Counted from the stretch's first letter, positions 1-13,334 are shown. The stretch: 64,000 bases of DNA from Eledone cirrhosa (GCA_964016885.1 OZ024741.1:362018001-362082000); one strand, 5' to 3'. A program made the numbers and translations. Notes: a model not told the origin generated them from the sequence alone.

Positions 1-335
1 CCCACCCCATCCACACCACCCCGTTCTATGTAAAGTTATGTTGGTGCCGCGCCATCCAGGCCGAAACAAATGAGATCGTGTAGGTGTCACGACAAAAAAA
101 CACACAGTCCACGCTGTAATGTGGCCGTGTAGGCAACACGGTAAAAACCTCCCAGACCCACACTGTAAATGTGGTTGGTGTTAGGAAGGGCATCCAACTG
201 TAGAAAACCTGCCAGACAGTCCTATGCGAGCAAGACAATCACTCTTGCCTCAAGTGGGACTACCCCCGTCCAAACCCATGCAAGCGTGGAACACGGACGT
301 TAAACGTTGATGATGATGATGATGATGATGATGAT
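1..335 (+). mobile_element. 3' UTR/tail of an RTE-type LINE or derived SINE, ending in (GAT)n
   Basis: Near-identical to ~4195-4517; ends ...GGACGTTAAACG followed by (GAT)n. Confidence 0.7.
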
Positions 336-650
336 ATGTATATATATATGTATATATATATATATATGTATATGTATATGTATATATATATATATATGTA
401 TATGTATATATATATGAATATGTATTTATATGTATATATGTATATATATATATATGTGTATCTATATGTATATGTATATGTATATATATATATATATGTA
501 TATGTATATATATATATGTATATGTATATATTTGTATATATGTATGCATATGTATGTATATGTATATATATGTGTATGTATATATATGTGTATGTGTATA
601 TGTATATGTATATATGTATGTATATGTATATGTATATATATATGTATATG

Positions 651-683
<33 letters not shown>

Positions 684-688
684 GTATG

Positions 689-738
<50 letters not shown>

Positions 739-744
739 TGTGTG

Positions 745-786
<42 letters not shown>

Positions 787-1278
787 CATATGTGTATGTA
801 TATATATATATATATGTATGTATATATATGTATATATATATGTATGTATGTTTGTGTATGTATGTGTATGTATATGTATGTATATATATATATATATGTA
901 TGTATGTATGTGTATGTATATGTATGTATGTGTATATATGTATATATATATATGTATACATATATATATGTATGTATATGTATATATATATGTATACATA
1001 TATGTATATATATACTTCTTTCTTTGAGCTATTTCATTGTAAAGGACTGCTTGAGTTTAGAACTCATTATTCTTAGTATGTATATATGTATATGTATATA
1101 TGTATATATGTATATATATATATGTATATGTATATATGTATATATATGTATATATATGTATATATGTATATATATATGTATATATGTATATATATGTATA
1201 TGTATATATGTATATATGTATATATGTATATATATATATGTATATATGTATATATATATGTATATATGTATATATATC

Positions 1279-1313
<35 letters not shown>

Positions 1314-1775
1314 GTATGTATATATATGTATATATATGTATATGTATATGTATATATGTATGTATATGTATATATATATGTATATGTATATATATGTGTG
1401 TATATATATATATGTATATATTTATGTATATATATGTATATATATATATATATATGTGTGTATATATATGTGTGTATATGTATGTATATATGTATGTATA
1501 TATGTGTATATGTGTATGTATATATATGTGTATATGTGTGTATATATATATGTATATATATGTATATATGTATATATATGTATATATGTATGTATATATA
1601 TATATGTATATATATATGTATATATATGTATATATATATGTATATGTATGTATATATATATGAATATATATATGTATATATATGTATATATATATGTATA
1701 TATAGATGTATATATATATATATATGTATATATATATGTATATGTATGTATATATATATATATATATATATATGT
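336..1775. repeat. Compound (TA)n/(TATG)n microsatellite
   Basis: Directly visible, with a ~60 bp non-repeat island at ~1016-1077. Confidence 0.97.
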
Positions 1776-2408
1776 AAAATATTAAACAAATAATGAATAA
1801 AACAATGAAACATTTCCTTATATTAAACAAAAAAAGTTCATTATTTAACGATCGTTTCTAGGATATATATGTGTTAGAATTGGCATGCATATTCAACAGA
1901 TCTATGTACAAAATTATACAAAATTATACAAACTATCAAGATTAAATATACATACCAAACACACATATATGCCGTCTTCAGAAATAAATTGTTTTACGAG
2001 GAGATATAATGAGGGTGATGAGTAAACGGGTATTATAGAGTGTATAATGCCCTTTAAAGTAAGGTAGATGGGTATATTTTAAAGAATATATGAGTATATA
2101 TTAAGTTAGACAGAGGCCCTGGTGGAGGGTAAAGTTAGACAGAGGCCCTGGTGGAGGGTAAAGTTAGACAGAGGCCCAGGTGGAGGGTGAAGTTAGACAG
2201 AGGCCCTGGTGAAGACGGCATATATGTGTGTTTGGTATGTATATTTAATCTTGATAGTTTGTATAATTTTGTATAATTTTGTACATAGATCTGTTGAATG
2301 CCAATTCTAACACATATATATCCTAGAAACGATCGTTAAATAATGAACTTTTTTTGTTTAATATAAGGAACTGTTTCATTGTTTTATTCATTATTTGTTT
2401 AATATTTT
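1776..2408. mobile_element. Inverted pair of PLE-like terminal repeats (~200 bp arms) around a spacer with a ~30 bp tandem repeat
   Basis: 1776-1980 is the reverse complement of ~2210-2408. The spacer has ~3.7 copies of AAGTTAGACAGAGGCCCTGGTGGAGGGT. Confidence 0.75.
1841..1987 (-). ncRNA. Type I hammerhead ribozyme motif with long stem II
   Basis: Minus strand: TTATTT-CTGAAGA-CGGCATATATGTGT...ACACATATATATCCTA-GAAA-CGATCG-TT-AAATAA. Confidence 0.65.
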
Positions 2409-2690
2409 ATCTTGACTCTGTATTCCGTTTATCTTTCACCGAAAGTGATTTTTCATTACATCTCTTCTTTCCATGATATCCGAAATACATTGAGTTCTTC
2501 ATACGGATTGGACACTACCGTAAACTCTTGGTAGATTTATCTACATATATATATATATGTATATATATATGTGTATATATATATATGTGTATATATATGT
2601 GTATATATATATATGTATATATATATGTATATATATATATGTATATGTATGTATATATGTGTGGATATATATATGTATATATATATATCT

Positions 2691-3102
2691 TCCGGGAGAG
2701 ATGACCCCTTAGCCTTTGTCAAGGCAGAATTCCAGGAGAAGGAAAACTCTGATATAACACCTGCAACCCTGATGGTATCCAGTGATGTTGACTTGTTCTT
2801 CTTTTTGGTAAATATCATCTTGGTTAAGAGAGTGGGACTGGATTTGTGCAGTGCTTTTGCTCACTGTAAAAGCTTCATGGCACAGGCATTGCTTTATATC
2901 TGGAGATCTCTCTGCACTTGTCACCACAGGGTACAATGGGCCCAACACTATGTGTCAGTAATTGTCACAAGTGTAGTGTTTGTACCAGAGTTTTCAAGTC
3001 GCTGGCTGGACTAAAAAGCCACACTTGTTCAGCGCATCGGTAGGGGTTATCCTACATGGATATAAAGTAGTGGCCGTACACGAAAAAGAGTTGGCAGCCA
3101 CT
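2691..3102 (+). repeat. Unclassified dispersed repeat ending in (TATG)n, probably a LINE terminal region
   Basis: Near-identical copy at ~5112-5522 and a partial inverted copy at ~27286-27470. Confidence 0.7.
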
Positions 3103-3152
3103 ATGTATGTATGTATGTATGTATGTGTGTATGTATCTATGTATGTATGTAT

Positions 3153-3975
3153 GTTCTTCTGGTTTTATAATTTCATAAATTTTTTCAAACAGAGAGAGAG
3201 TTGGTTTCTAACATAGACACAAGACTCTCTAATTTGAATTTACACAACATCAACTATGTAGATATGTATGCATGCATGTGTAGATATGGATGTTATTGTA
3301 TGTGTGGATGTGGATGTTTTGAGTTGTATGTGTGCATGTGTATATGCTTTGCATCTGTACATGTGTATATGCAGTTATTAGATGCAAAATGTTTGGAATG
3401 TTTTACATATTTTTGCTGTTCCATTAATGGATTGTACTTGTAATTTCCTAACTAGTTGTGTTCTTTCTGTTCCTGTGAAGCCTAGCTTCTCAAGATTTGT
3501 ATTGAGGCAGTTACTAACATACCCCAGTGCCCCAATAATTACAGGTATAAATCTGAAGGTTTAATCACGGTGGAGTATCTGCAGATTTTTCATCAGTTCT
3601 GCATAAATATTCTCCTTTTCACTAATCTTTGATATTATATTGGCATCTGCTGGGCAGCTAATTTCCACTACTGTGCATGCTTTCTTTTCCCTGTCCCATA
3701 TCATAATATCTGGTCTGTTATGCCTGCATTTTATTGGGGTTTTTACTGGAACATTCCACCAGTACTCTTTCATATTATACATGGATGTCTTCCACATTGC
3801 TGTAGCTTTTAATGTGTTTATTATCAGGGCTATCTTTTTTGCGAACTGCATTGTACAGTGTTTTGGCCACTACATCATGCCTCATAGGTAGATAGTACCG
3901 CGATGACATCTTTGGACAGCTGCTTATGACATGGGTGATATCCTCGATGTTAGTTCTGCAGAGTCTGCACTTGTA
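3153..3975 (-). mobile_element. 5'-truncated R4/Dong-like non-LTR retrotransposon
   Basis: Zn knuckle CRLC..EDITHVISSC, RHD, and restriction-like endonuclease RPDI..VVEISCP motifs; frameshifted; similar to 31075-32300. Confidence 0.8.
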
Positions 3976-4065
3976 CAATGTATGTATGTATGTACAATGT
4001 ATGTATGTAATAACCCAGTACAATGTATGTATGTATGTATGTATGTATGTATGTATGTATGTATC

Positions 4066-4517
4066 AAGACAATGTCACTGGACCTAGATCTTTGGCGCTA
4101 CACAGTAATACAGACGACCCGCCTTGCCTAAGTACAAAGCGAAACCTACAGTCAGTAGGCACCTCTAACAAAAATACACCTCTGTCCCACTACCCCCACC
4201 CCATCCACACCATCACCCCTTTCAATATAAAGTTATGTTGGTACCACAACATCCAGTCCGAAACAAATGAGGTCGTGTAGGTGTCACGACAAAAAAACAC
4301 ACAGTCCATGCTGTAATGTGGCCGTGTAGGTAACACGGTAAAAACCTCCCAGTCCACACTGTAAACGTGGATGGTGTTAGGAAGGGCATCCAGCTGTAGA
4401 AAACCCGCCAGACAGTCCTATACGAGCAAGACAACCAATCTTACCTCAAACGGGAAAATTCCCATCCAAACCCATGCAAGTGTGGAAGATGGACGTTAAA
4501 CGATGATGATGATGATG
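4066..4517 (+). mobile_element. RTE-type LINE 3' end with (GAT)n tail
   Basis: C-terminal remnant DLDLWRYTVIQTTRLA*, followed by the same UTR as 1-335. Confidence 0.6.
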
Positions 4518-4521
4518 TATG

Positions 4522-4745
4522 TATGTCTGCATATGTGCACGTATGCGTGTGTGTGCAACTATGGATATTATTGTATGTGTGGATGTGGATGTTTTGCGTA
4601 ATATGTGTACATGTGCGTATGTTTTGTATCTGTGCAAGTGTACATGCAGTTATTAGGTGCAGAATCTTTGGAATGTTTTTCATATTTTTACTCTTCTGGA
4701 TTGTACTTGTAATTTTTTAACTAGCCGTGAAGCCCAGATTCGTAC
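4522..4745 (-). mobile_element. Short 3' fragment of the R4/Dong-like element
   Basis: Similar to ~3260-3500. Confidence 0.6.
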
Positions 4746-4847
4746 TAAGGCAGGTATGTATGTATGCATATATATGTATGTATGTTTGTATGTTTGTATT
4801 TATATGCATGCATGTTTGTATGTATGCATTATGTATGCACCTATGCT

Positions 4848-4909
<62 letters not shown>

Positions 4910-4962
4910 CATGTATGTATGTATGTTTGTATATATATATATGTGTGTGTGTATGTATGTAT

Positions 4963-5522
4963 GTCTCATGGTCGGGTCGTTGGCGACTAAACTGGCAACC
5001 CCACCAAGGTTTCTTGGTGAGGAGGGTGACTTTGGACATCCTGCAGGACTAAAAACAAAACCTGTCAAAGGGCAAAGGAGCTCTTAAGAGTCAATGGCCA
5101 TCCAAAATCACTGGGAGAGATGACCCCTTAGCCTTTGTCAAGGCAGAATTCTAGGAGAAGGAAAACTCTGATATAACACCTGCAACTCTGATGGTATCCA
5201 ATGATGTTGACTTGTTCTTCTTTTTGGTAAATATCATCTTGGTTAAGAGAGTGGGACTGGCTTTGTGCAGTGCCTTTGCTCACTATAAAAGCTTCACGGC
5301 ACAGGCATTGCTTTATATCTGGAGATCTCTCTGCACTTGTCGTGACATGGTACCATGGGCGCAGCACTATGTGTCAATAATTGTCACAAGTGTAGTGTTT
5401 GTACCAGAGTTTTCAAGTTGCTGGCTGGACTAAAAAGTCACACTCGTTCAGCGCATCGGTAGGGGTTCTCCTACATGGATATAAAGTAGTGGCCGTACTC
5501 GAAAACGAGTTGGCAGCCACCA
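4963..5522 (+). repeat. Composite dispersed repeat: structured ~150 bp segment joined to the 2691-3102 family
   Basis: 4963-5110 matches the reverse complement of ~27064-27207; 5112-5522 matches 2693-3102. Confidence 0.6.
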
Positions 5523-5524
5523 TG

Positions 5525-5558
<34 letters not shown>

Positions 5559-6021
5559 TGTATGTATGTATGTATGTATGTATGTATGCATGTTTGTATG
5601 TATGTACACTCATACGATAATATTACGGAAATAACAATAATCAAGTTTTGTAATACATATGACAAGACAAGACAAAAAATAATCAGAATATAAAATCATT
5701 ACTTACTCTACCAATTATACCTATTAAACCACAAAGAAAAATATACTAATCACCGTAGTTAAAACAAGCAAGATAATTAACAAATAAAAGACTTGCTTTT
5801 CGTCAGTATGTATGTCTTTTCAGTACTACAAAATATAAGCTATCCGTTGGGAGTCCAATTGAAAAGTGACTCGTGTGTGTTATTGAGTGCTTAACGTCAC
5901 TCATGATACATTTTTCATTAATAAAATTAGAATTTTAGAATTTTATTTAACCGGGCCGTTTGTTTACAAACGAATCGAATGTCATTATTAATGTTTGATA
6001 TAACCCATATATATATATATA

Positions 6022-6073
6022 CAGAAGTAGCCGTCGAAACGGCTTGAGCTCTGCCGTCGGGGTCATACTTTTT

Positions 6074-6109
<36 letters not shown>

Positions 6110-6252
6110 TTCCATTACCCAAGGTTTCACGAAGTCAGACGCTCTCATCAGATAAAATACAAAAGTGGTTTTATAGATATAACGCATATATATACATATA
6201 CAGAAATAGATGTCGAAACGGCTTGAGCTCTGCCGTCGGGGTCATACTTTTT

Positions 6253-6291
<39 letters not shown>

Positions 6292-6517
6292 ATTATTTCA
6301 TTACCCAAGGTTTCACGAAGTCAGACGCTCTCATCAGATAAAATACAAAAGTTGTTTTATAGATACTGACATATCCAAAACAAAGAACTTATCGTTTTAA
6401 GAAAACAACTTTTGTATTTTATCTGATGAGGGCGTACCAAAAATGTTGTTACTCTTGAAATATATATAAGAAAATAAATATGGTTTTATAAAGATAGTTT
6501 CCATTTATTAATATCAT

Positions 6518-6520
<3 letters not shown>
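6022..6520. repeat. Tandemly duplicated mosaic of two PLE terminal-repeat fragments, plus a hammerhead motif at ~6415-6476
   Basis: A ~178 bp unit occurs twice (6022-6180, ~6200-6362). TATTTTAT-CTGATGA...GAAA-TATATA-TA-AGAAAATA with the core at 6423. Confidence 0.65.
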
Positions 6521-6570
<50 letters not shown>

Positions 6571-6583
<13 letters not shown>

Positions 6584-9060
6584 AGAGGATGTCTGTCTGT
6601 ATAAACCTCTAAAACTCGAGAAGTACCCGACCGATTTTTTTCAAACTTTACACATGCGCTACTTATATTTTTCGAAGTGCAATGGGATAAAATATTTAAA
6701 ACTTTTTTTGACCTAGGGCCCGCATTTGGCGAAAAACCGCATTTTAAAGGCATTTTTGGGACGTAATTTAAAGATAATCCAGCCGATTTCCTCGAAATTT
6801 GCAGCACACATTAGTTAGTCCCCTCGCATTACTCTGGACAAAAAGAAAATTCCGATTCCATTAAATGTTTCTAGGAAATTTACGAATTAGCATTGGGCAT
6901 TACATGCCATTTTCATTTTCAATATAAACACTACTTAACCATCGTAAGTAGCGAATATTTCGTTAAAAATTTGGTTTATTTAACAGAGGACACAAGACTT
7001 ACTTACTTTTAAGCTAGGACCATTTTCGGGGTATTGAGGAAATGAGGAGGACCTTAACATTTTTGTCGGCGCCCTGTTGATGCTTCGTGCTTTCATCACG
7101 CGCAACTCGGGCCCTGTGAACGTTGCCGTGTTATTGATACCGTAAAACTCACGTCTGTGCTACTTCTACTAAGACCCCTTTTATTGCACCTACACCGCAG
7201 TATGAACTCCCTGCGCAAGTACGTCGAACAGCGGTTGTATTAATTTCGCGGTGAGCCCTTTTGTCGCACCTTTGTTGCTGTGTAAACGCAGTGCAACCAG
7301 TGCCGCCCAGCGTTTGTGTTAATTGCACTATGACCCCCTTCTGCTGCAGCTGCGTTGCGACGCTGATTTCGTCATCTCAATATCCCTATTTACACGTACA
7401 TCCCTACTTGGTTTTCACACAACTGACTACGTCGCTCCTCAATCAACCCCCCCCCCCCCCACACACACACACTTTTTTTCTATTTATGTAGTTTTATTTA
7501 TATCGTGAAAATGTTGATCGTCAGATATTAGATGGTAAACAGAAATAACACAATCGGTAAAGTATTTATGACATTAGTCTAATGACTACATACAATAGTT
7601 TGACTATTAATCCGTATGGTGAGCAAATGGGGTCCCACGTGCTGGCCTCCCCACAGCCCCGGCAGACAGGTTGGAGAAGGCTTTTCCCAGAAGGATGGCA
7701 AGGGAGATGCCCTGGAAGAGCCATTCCAACTCGCGAGGCTCACACCTATGGTGGTGAATAGGGAGGCAGCCCTAGGGCCAAGGACACCAGAAGTCTTCAC
7801 TGCCAAGGGAACGACCGCGAACCTGTCGGAGAACAACCGGTACTTGGAGAGTTTGGCCACCTCGGGTTAGTTGCAGACTGCACCAGGTTGCGGCTGGAGA
7901 AAGTGTCGCTGTAAGTGGCATCCCAAACGAGGAGTTTGCTACCGCGGAACGGGAAGATGGTCATACCGTCTGGCCTTTTGCTATCCCCTCGGTCCAGCCC
8001 CACCGGATCTAGCTGGGAGGGGGAAGCCTGCAGCATGGCGTGGAAGGCGGCCGGCACTGTAGCGACAGGAAAGCGGGTGGAGGCGGAAAGAGTCCACGGT
8101 GGATCCACAGCAACATTTATGTGGCTCGCAGATCCGGAGTCCATGCCTCAAGGAAACACCGATACGCAGGCTATCGTTTTCCAGCTGCGTGCTAGTGGAG
8201 AAGGAGGGCGAGGCATGGAGCCAGGCACCACTGGGGTTTGGAGGCCGCGCGAAAACAGGCAAGGCGGTGCTGGTCGAGCTGGCGCGTTAACCTGTCTGAG
8301 GCCAGGCTGCACTGGATGGCATCCCATTCGCTTTGGGGGGACTTGACGTCAACAGGGGGAGAAGGAGGAGGGACGTCTACTGGGCTAAGTCCTAGCCTGT
8401 CCCACGTCTCACAGGCGGCCTCACGTTCCCTGAACACAGAGGGTTATATTGTGGTTTGGAGAACCCTGCTGATGAGGACGCGGCATGAGGTTTCCGATGA
8501 AAGAAACGCCGGCAAAGCCAGCGAGATCGGGGACCGGAGGGCAAGGCCGCCATAACTGACAGGTAAAGTGGCCTGTTGCCATCCAATGTCGTCAAACTTG
8601 ACGTTGCATATCTCCTCAGCTGCCGATCGGATACAAGTATCGAGGTCAGCGAGGAGAGATGCGTGGCTGTAGCATGGAGCGCTGCGAAGGGTATAGAGGA
8701 GCTTCGGCATGTCGAAGCAGTTCCTCGACAGGAAGAGAGCTGGGTGGCCGTCGATCAAGCCCAGTCGGCTCGTGAGGGTCTGGAGTTGTTGGAGCCTAGA
8801 CCTGATTGTGGAGCGGATGGCCGGCGGGTGGATCGTTGACCCGATGATGAGGACATCCTCTTTGGGGGTCACCTGTATCTGGTGAAGAATGAACCACACG
8901 TCCGAGACGGAGGTTGCAAAGCTCTCAGCATCATTCCTGACATTTACCACCCTTGGAATAAGGGAATTCAAAAAGTACACAGCTACATTCCTCAATCTTT
9001 GCATATGCATGTTGCTATTTCACGTTTCCTACCCCGTGCAACGCCGAGTCCTGCTACTAG
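6571..9060 (+). mobile_element. Non-autonomous Helitron-like element
   Basis: 5' TATATATAAACAGAGGATGTCTGTCTG; 3' GC-rich hairpin CCCGTGCAACGCCGAG then CTAG|T at 9057-9061. The exact 5' end is hidden in (TA)n. Confidence 0.6.
7660..8900 (-). mobile_element. Decayed CRE-clade non-LTR retrotransposon (RT C-terminus, Zn knuckle, restriction-like endonuclease)
   Basis: Motifs PKLLYTLRS, WQQATLPVSYGG, SGAWLHA, H.LSC...RH, KRPDG...LVWDAT and VPLAV.TSG, spread over several frames. Confidence 0.8.
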
Positions 9061-9071
9061 TATATATATAT

Positions 9072-9129
<58 letters not shown>

Positions 9130-9131
<2 letters not shown>

Positions 9132-9318
9132 CGAAGGAAATGTGGCAAGGAACCAGATGGACCATAACGCACCAAAGTACTCAATACTTAGGGTAGTAGA
9201 GTGGGTAATAGGAACAAGTAAGACCCCGACGGCTGAGCTCAAGCCGTTTCGACGGCTAATTCTGGAATTAGCCGTCGAAACGGCTTGAGCTCAGCCGTCG
9301 GGGTCTTACTTGTTCCTA
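9130..9318. mobile_element. Fold-back fragment of the 3' terminal repeat of the PLE family at 53775/62150
   Basis: GCCGTCGAAACGGCTTGAGCTC.GCCGTCGGGGTC in both orientations. Related copies at ~6022, ~6210, ~10181, ~12152, ~40231, ~55390, ~58367 and ~62150. Confidence 0.75.
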
Positions 9319-10265
9319 TATATATATATATATATATATAACAATACTTAGAGTAGTAGAGTGGATAATATGAAAAGAGTCAGGACCCCGCGCTATAAAT
9401 CAAAGTTGTAGCCGCAGTATACATACATATATACACACACACACATGCACACACACATATATATACTCCTATCTTTGTAAAACTTCAGTGTCAGGTGTCA
9501 TGCTTCTACATGGAATACCCAGATTCTACCGAGGACACTTTTGGTGAAATCTTTCAAGTATCTTGAAATGCCAGTAGTGAGTGGTCCATGCTTCACACCC
9601 ATACAACATGACTGTAAGAACACATGCCTCATCCACAGATATTTGTGACCTCAATGTTATGCCTCTGTCTGACTACGAATATAGCTCCCCGTGTATATAT
9701 GTATGTGTGTCAGCCTCTCATTAAATTTTGGGTTCTTTATATGATTTGTGGAACCACTGCTAAAAATAACTCTTGTGAAACCTGAAATAATTTTTGCATA
9801 TTCATTTCCGTTAGGTTTTTGGTTGTTGCCGAAAAATCACTGAAAGTTATTACAGTGAGTCCTCATTCAACAAAATTTGATTCAACTTAGATCCATCATT
9901 AACCGAAAAAGTTAAAATTTTTAAATAAAAAATAGTGACATTGGAAGCTGCAAGCAAAAAATGCCACCGAAGAACGGACATTCATTTGGAAGAAAGTCTT
10001 ATAAAGTTATGGCAAAGCAACTACAAAGGGAAAATAAAAGGGAAGGGCAGCAACAAGAAAAACTCCAAAATCAAAAAGGCCCAGTGAAATATTGGTAAAA
10101 TGAATCAGAAGAACAAAGATCAAAAAGACTTGCTGATGACAGGACAAGTAAAGCAACTATTCGTCAAGAGGGGTTAAACATTTTCCTATTACCCACTCTA
10201 CTACCCTAAGTATTGAGTACTCTGGTGCGTTATGGTCCATCTGATTCCTTACCACACTTCCTTCG

Positions 10266-10306
<41 letters not shown>

Positions 10307-10382
10307 CAAAAGGGATCCAGAAACAACTTGAACCGTTAAGATCGTCTTCCTGGATATGTCAATATTTATAAAACAAACTTTG

Positions 10383-10443
10383 TATTTTATCTGATGAGAG
10401 CGTACCAAAGTTTTGGTACCCTTGAAATATATATAATAGAATA
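10383..10443 (+). ncRNA. Minimal type I hammerhead ribozyme motif
   Basis: TTTAT-CTGATGA-GAGCGTACCAAA GT TTTGGTACCCTT-GAAA-TATATA-TA-ATAGA. Confidence 0.7.
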
Positions 10444-11131
10444 AATATTGTTTTATAAATATAGTTTCCATTTATTTAATATCATTGTATATATATTATA
10501 TATATCAAACAGAAAAAAGAGAATCAGTGTTGCAACACTGATTCTCTTTTTTCTGTGATATCATATTCTGCTCACACGGCCTACCGCATACGGACGCTTT
10601 AAGCATCCAATACCAATTATATATATATATATATTCTCCTAACTTTAATTGTATACCTAATTGTGTATGGTTGACGATATATTTAATCGATTTCCACGTG
10701 CTATTGAAATGCTGGGTAAATATTCTATAGCTGTTGATCGCGAATAGATGGCTGTCGTTTATTTATCTATTATTTCTTCATAGGTGCCTTTTAATCTTAT
10801 AGCCGGGTCTAATTGTTTTTTTTTTGTGTGGTTGATTATGCTGATTGGGAGAGGAAATGGTGTATATATCTTATCAAATGATTCTATGGACATATTTTAT
10901 AGTATGTGACTGCTGGAAAGCTGCCATTACTCATACTTCTCGCCTCCTTTACCACCTCTTCTACGGCTTCGATATAAATACCCCCTCCGCCTCCGTGGTA
11001 TTTTCTTCGGGGTTATAAGAGGCTTAGCTCTGTTTCTCGACCGTTATATCGCGTGACTATCTCCCCCTCCGCCTTTTGGGATTCTTTCTCACGTCGTGTA
11101 GACGCGTTCTTGAAGCTAGTAAAATGAGGTA

Positions 11132-11221
11132 TCCTCTTGATAAGTCGGCAGACCTCGCAAGGGCTCTATATCTTTATGATGTACTGTTTTTGTTTATGCC
11201 ACGAAACTACGTAGTCGAGGA
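11132..11221 (+). ncRNA. Type I hammerhead ribozyme motif, U3:A8 core variant (copy 1)
   Basis: TCCTC-TTGATAA-GTCGGCA...TGCCAC-GAAA-CTACGTAG-TC-GAGGA. Confidence 0.7.
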
Positions 11222-11718
11222 ATCTAGGAGCAGTTTAGGTATGATACATTTTATTACTAATTATATCTAAATGTTCCTTCTCTCTTCATAATGTATTTTT
11301 AACTCTGATACTGGTTCAGTCTGGTTCAACCGGATTGGTCTGTCCCAGTCATTCATTGAGCAACATCGGTAAGGTTGGCACCATTAACTCACGGTTGGAT
11401 GTGGATGCATTCATGTATATGTGTGTGTCCGCGTGTATCTGTGTGTTTCTAAATATATTGTTCATAACTCCCTCTGGTCGAGTAATCTTTGAAGTGTGGT
11501 GACTGCTGGAAAGCTGCCATTACTCATACTTCTCGCCTCGTTTACCACCTCTTCTACGGCTTCGATATAAATACCCCCTCCGTGGTATTTTCTTCGGGAT
11601 TATAAGAGGCTTAGCTCTGTTTCTCGACCGTTATATCGCGTGACTATCTCCTCCTCCGCCTTTTGGGATTCTTTCTCACGTCGTGTAGACGCGTTCTTGA
11701 AGCTAGTAAAATGAGGTA

Positions 11719-11808
11719 TCCTCTTGATAAGTCGGCAGACCTCGCAAGGGCTCTATATCTTTATGATGTACTGTTTTTGTTTATGCCACGAAACTACGTA
11801 GTCGAGGA
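11719..11808 (+). ncRNA. Type I hammerhead ribozyme motif, U3:A8 core variant (copy 2)
   Basis: Same sequence as 11132-11221. Confidence 0.7.
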
Positions 11809-12093
11809 ATCTAGGAGCAGTTTAGGTATGATACATTTTATTACTAATTATATCTAAATGTTCCTTCTCTCTTCATAATATATATATATATATATATATA
11901 CACAGTTTATAAAGGATAAAGATCGCATAACTCCTTGTGGAGTCGTAGAGGCACCGACATATAGCGTGTCTAGGACACTTTTAAACCTGGACACAACCGA
12001 TTTTTTCTATAGAGGAAGAATCGACCTCAGTACTGGACTGGTACTTTTTTTATCGATCTCAAAAGGATGAAAGGCAAAGTTGACCACGGCGGG

Positions 12094-12154
<61 letters not shown>

Positions 12155-12407
12155 AAAAGAGTCAGGACCCCAATGTCTGAGCTCCGGCCGTTTCGACAGC
12201 TAGATCCGAACTGTTCGGATCTAGCTGTCGAAACGGCCGGAGCTCAGCCGTCGAGGTCCTGAATCTTTTCATATAATCCACTCTAATATCCCAAGTATTG
12301 AGTACTCTGGTGGGTTATGGTCCACCTGGTTTTTATCACACCTTATCTGATATATATATGTCTGTGTGTGTGTGTACGTGTGTGTGTGTGTGTGTACGTA
12401 TGTATGC

Positions 12408-12443
<36 letters not shown>

Positions 12444-13045
12444 TGTGACTAATCCCGGTCTTTTTAAAAAAAAAAAAACGCGATAATATTGCTTTCGCTG
12501 AACTCCTTATATTGTAGAGTTTTTTTCGGAATGTTTTTGACTGTTATTTCATGTAAACAGACATTCGTCTCATTCTGACGTCACCAGCCCTGTCTCTACA
12601 TGTACGTTTTTCTTCATAATTACGCATGATGTTGAACTAGCCTGCTTTTAAATTCCCTTTTTGGCATATTATAAACAGTGGTACTTTGGTTATCGTGTCT
12701 TTGAGCTCTGCTGATGATCGATTCCAACCGTTACCATCCCCACTGAAAGTTTCGTGAAAAAGTCTTTTTTTAAGACTATACAGAGCATTTGTAGTTTTTC
12801 CAAATTGAAGGATGAGTATTTTAAACTTTATTTTATTCTGAGTTAAGGCTCTATTGATTTTTCCCTGGATTTCACCAAATTCTGTGGATGAATCTATATC
12901 CTGATTCTTTTTGAATTGAGTTTGAATTATTTTTCCCACATCTTACGTTAACTATTTTTCTATTTTGACGCTATAGTCACTTATATATTATGGAATACTG
13001 TTGGCTTCTTGCTACAATAATTTCTATACTTTTCATATATATATA

Positions 13046-13110
<65 letters not shown>

Positions 13111-13334
13111 ATAATAATAATGATTTCTAGTATAGGCACAAGGCCGGTAACTTGGGAGAGGAAAAGTCGATTAAATCGACCCCAGTACGTTACTGGTACT
13201 TTATTTTATCGACCCCGTAAGGATGAAAGGCAAAGTTAACCAAGGCGTTAACTATTTTTCCATTTTGACGCTATAGTCACTTATATATTATGGAATACTG
13301 TTGGCTTCCTGCAACAATAATTTCTATACTTTTC

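Larger units (their letters stand above)
10906..11879 (+). repeat. Direct repeat of ~385 bp (10906-11292 and 11499-11879), PLE tandem pLTR-like
   Basis: Two near-identical copies, each containing a hammerhead motif; ends at (TA)n. Confidence 0.8.

Noticed and set aside
250-1830. Long Y/I/M/C/H/T-rich ORFs here and throughout the window
   Set aside because: They are translations of stop-free TA/TATG/CA microsatellites.
2103-2210. ~30 bp repeats as a CRISPR array
   Set aside because: Contiguous tandem copies with no unique spacers, no cas genes, and a eukaryotic context.
5690-5830. Short hydrophobic minus-strand frame near a GTAAGT as K2P exon 2
   Set aside because: It stops before the donor and has no K2P motif.
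6105-6165. Minus-strand hammerhead (also at ~6292-6345)
   Set aside because: The core and stem I are present but stem II pairs poorly; not counted as intact.
12637-12939. 100 aa minus-strand ORF
   Set aside because: Non-ATG start and no recognisable domain; possibly a decayed TE.
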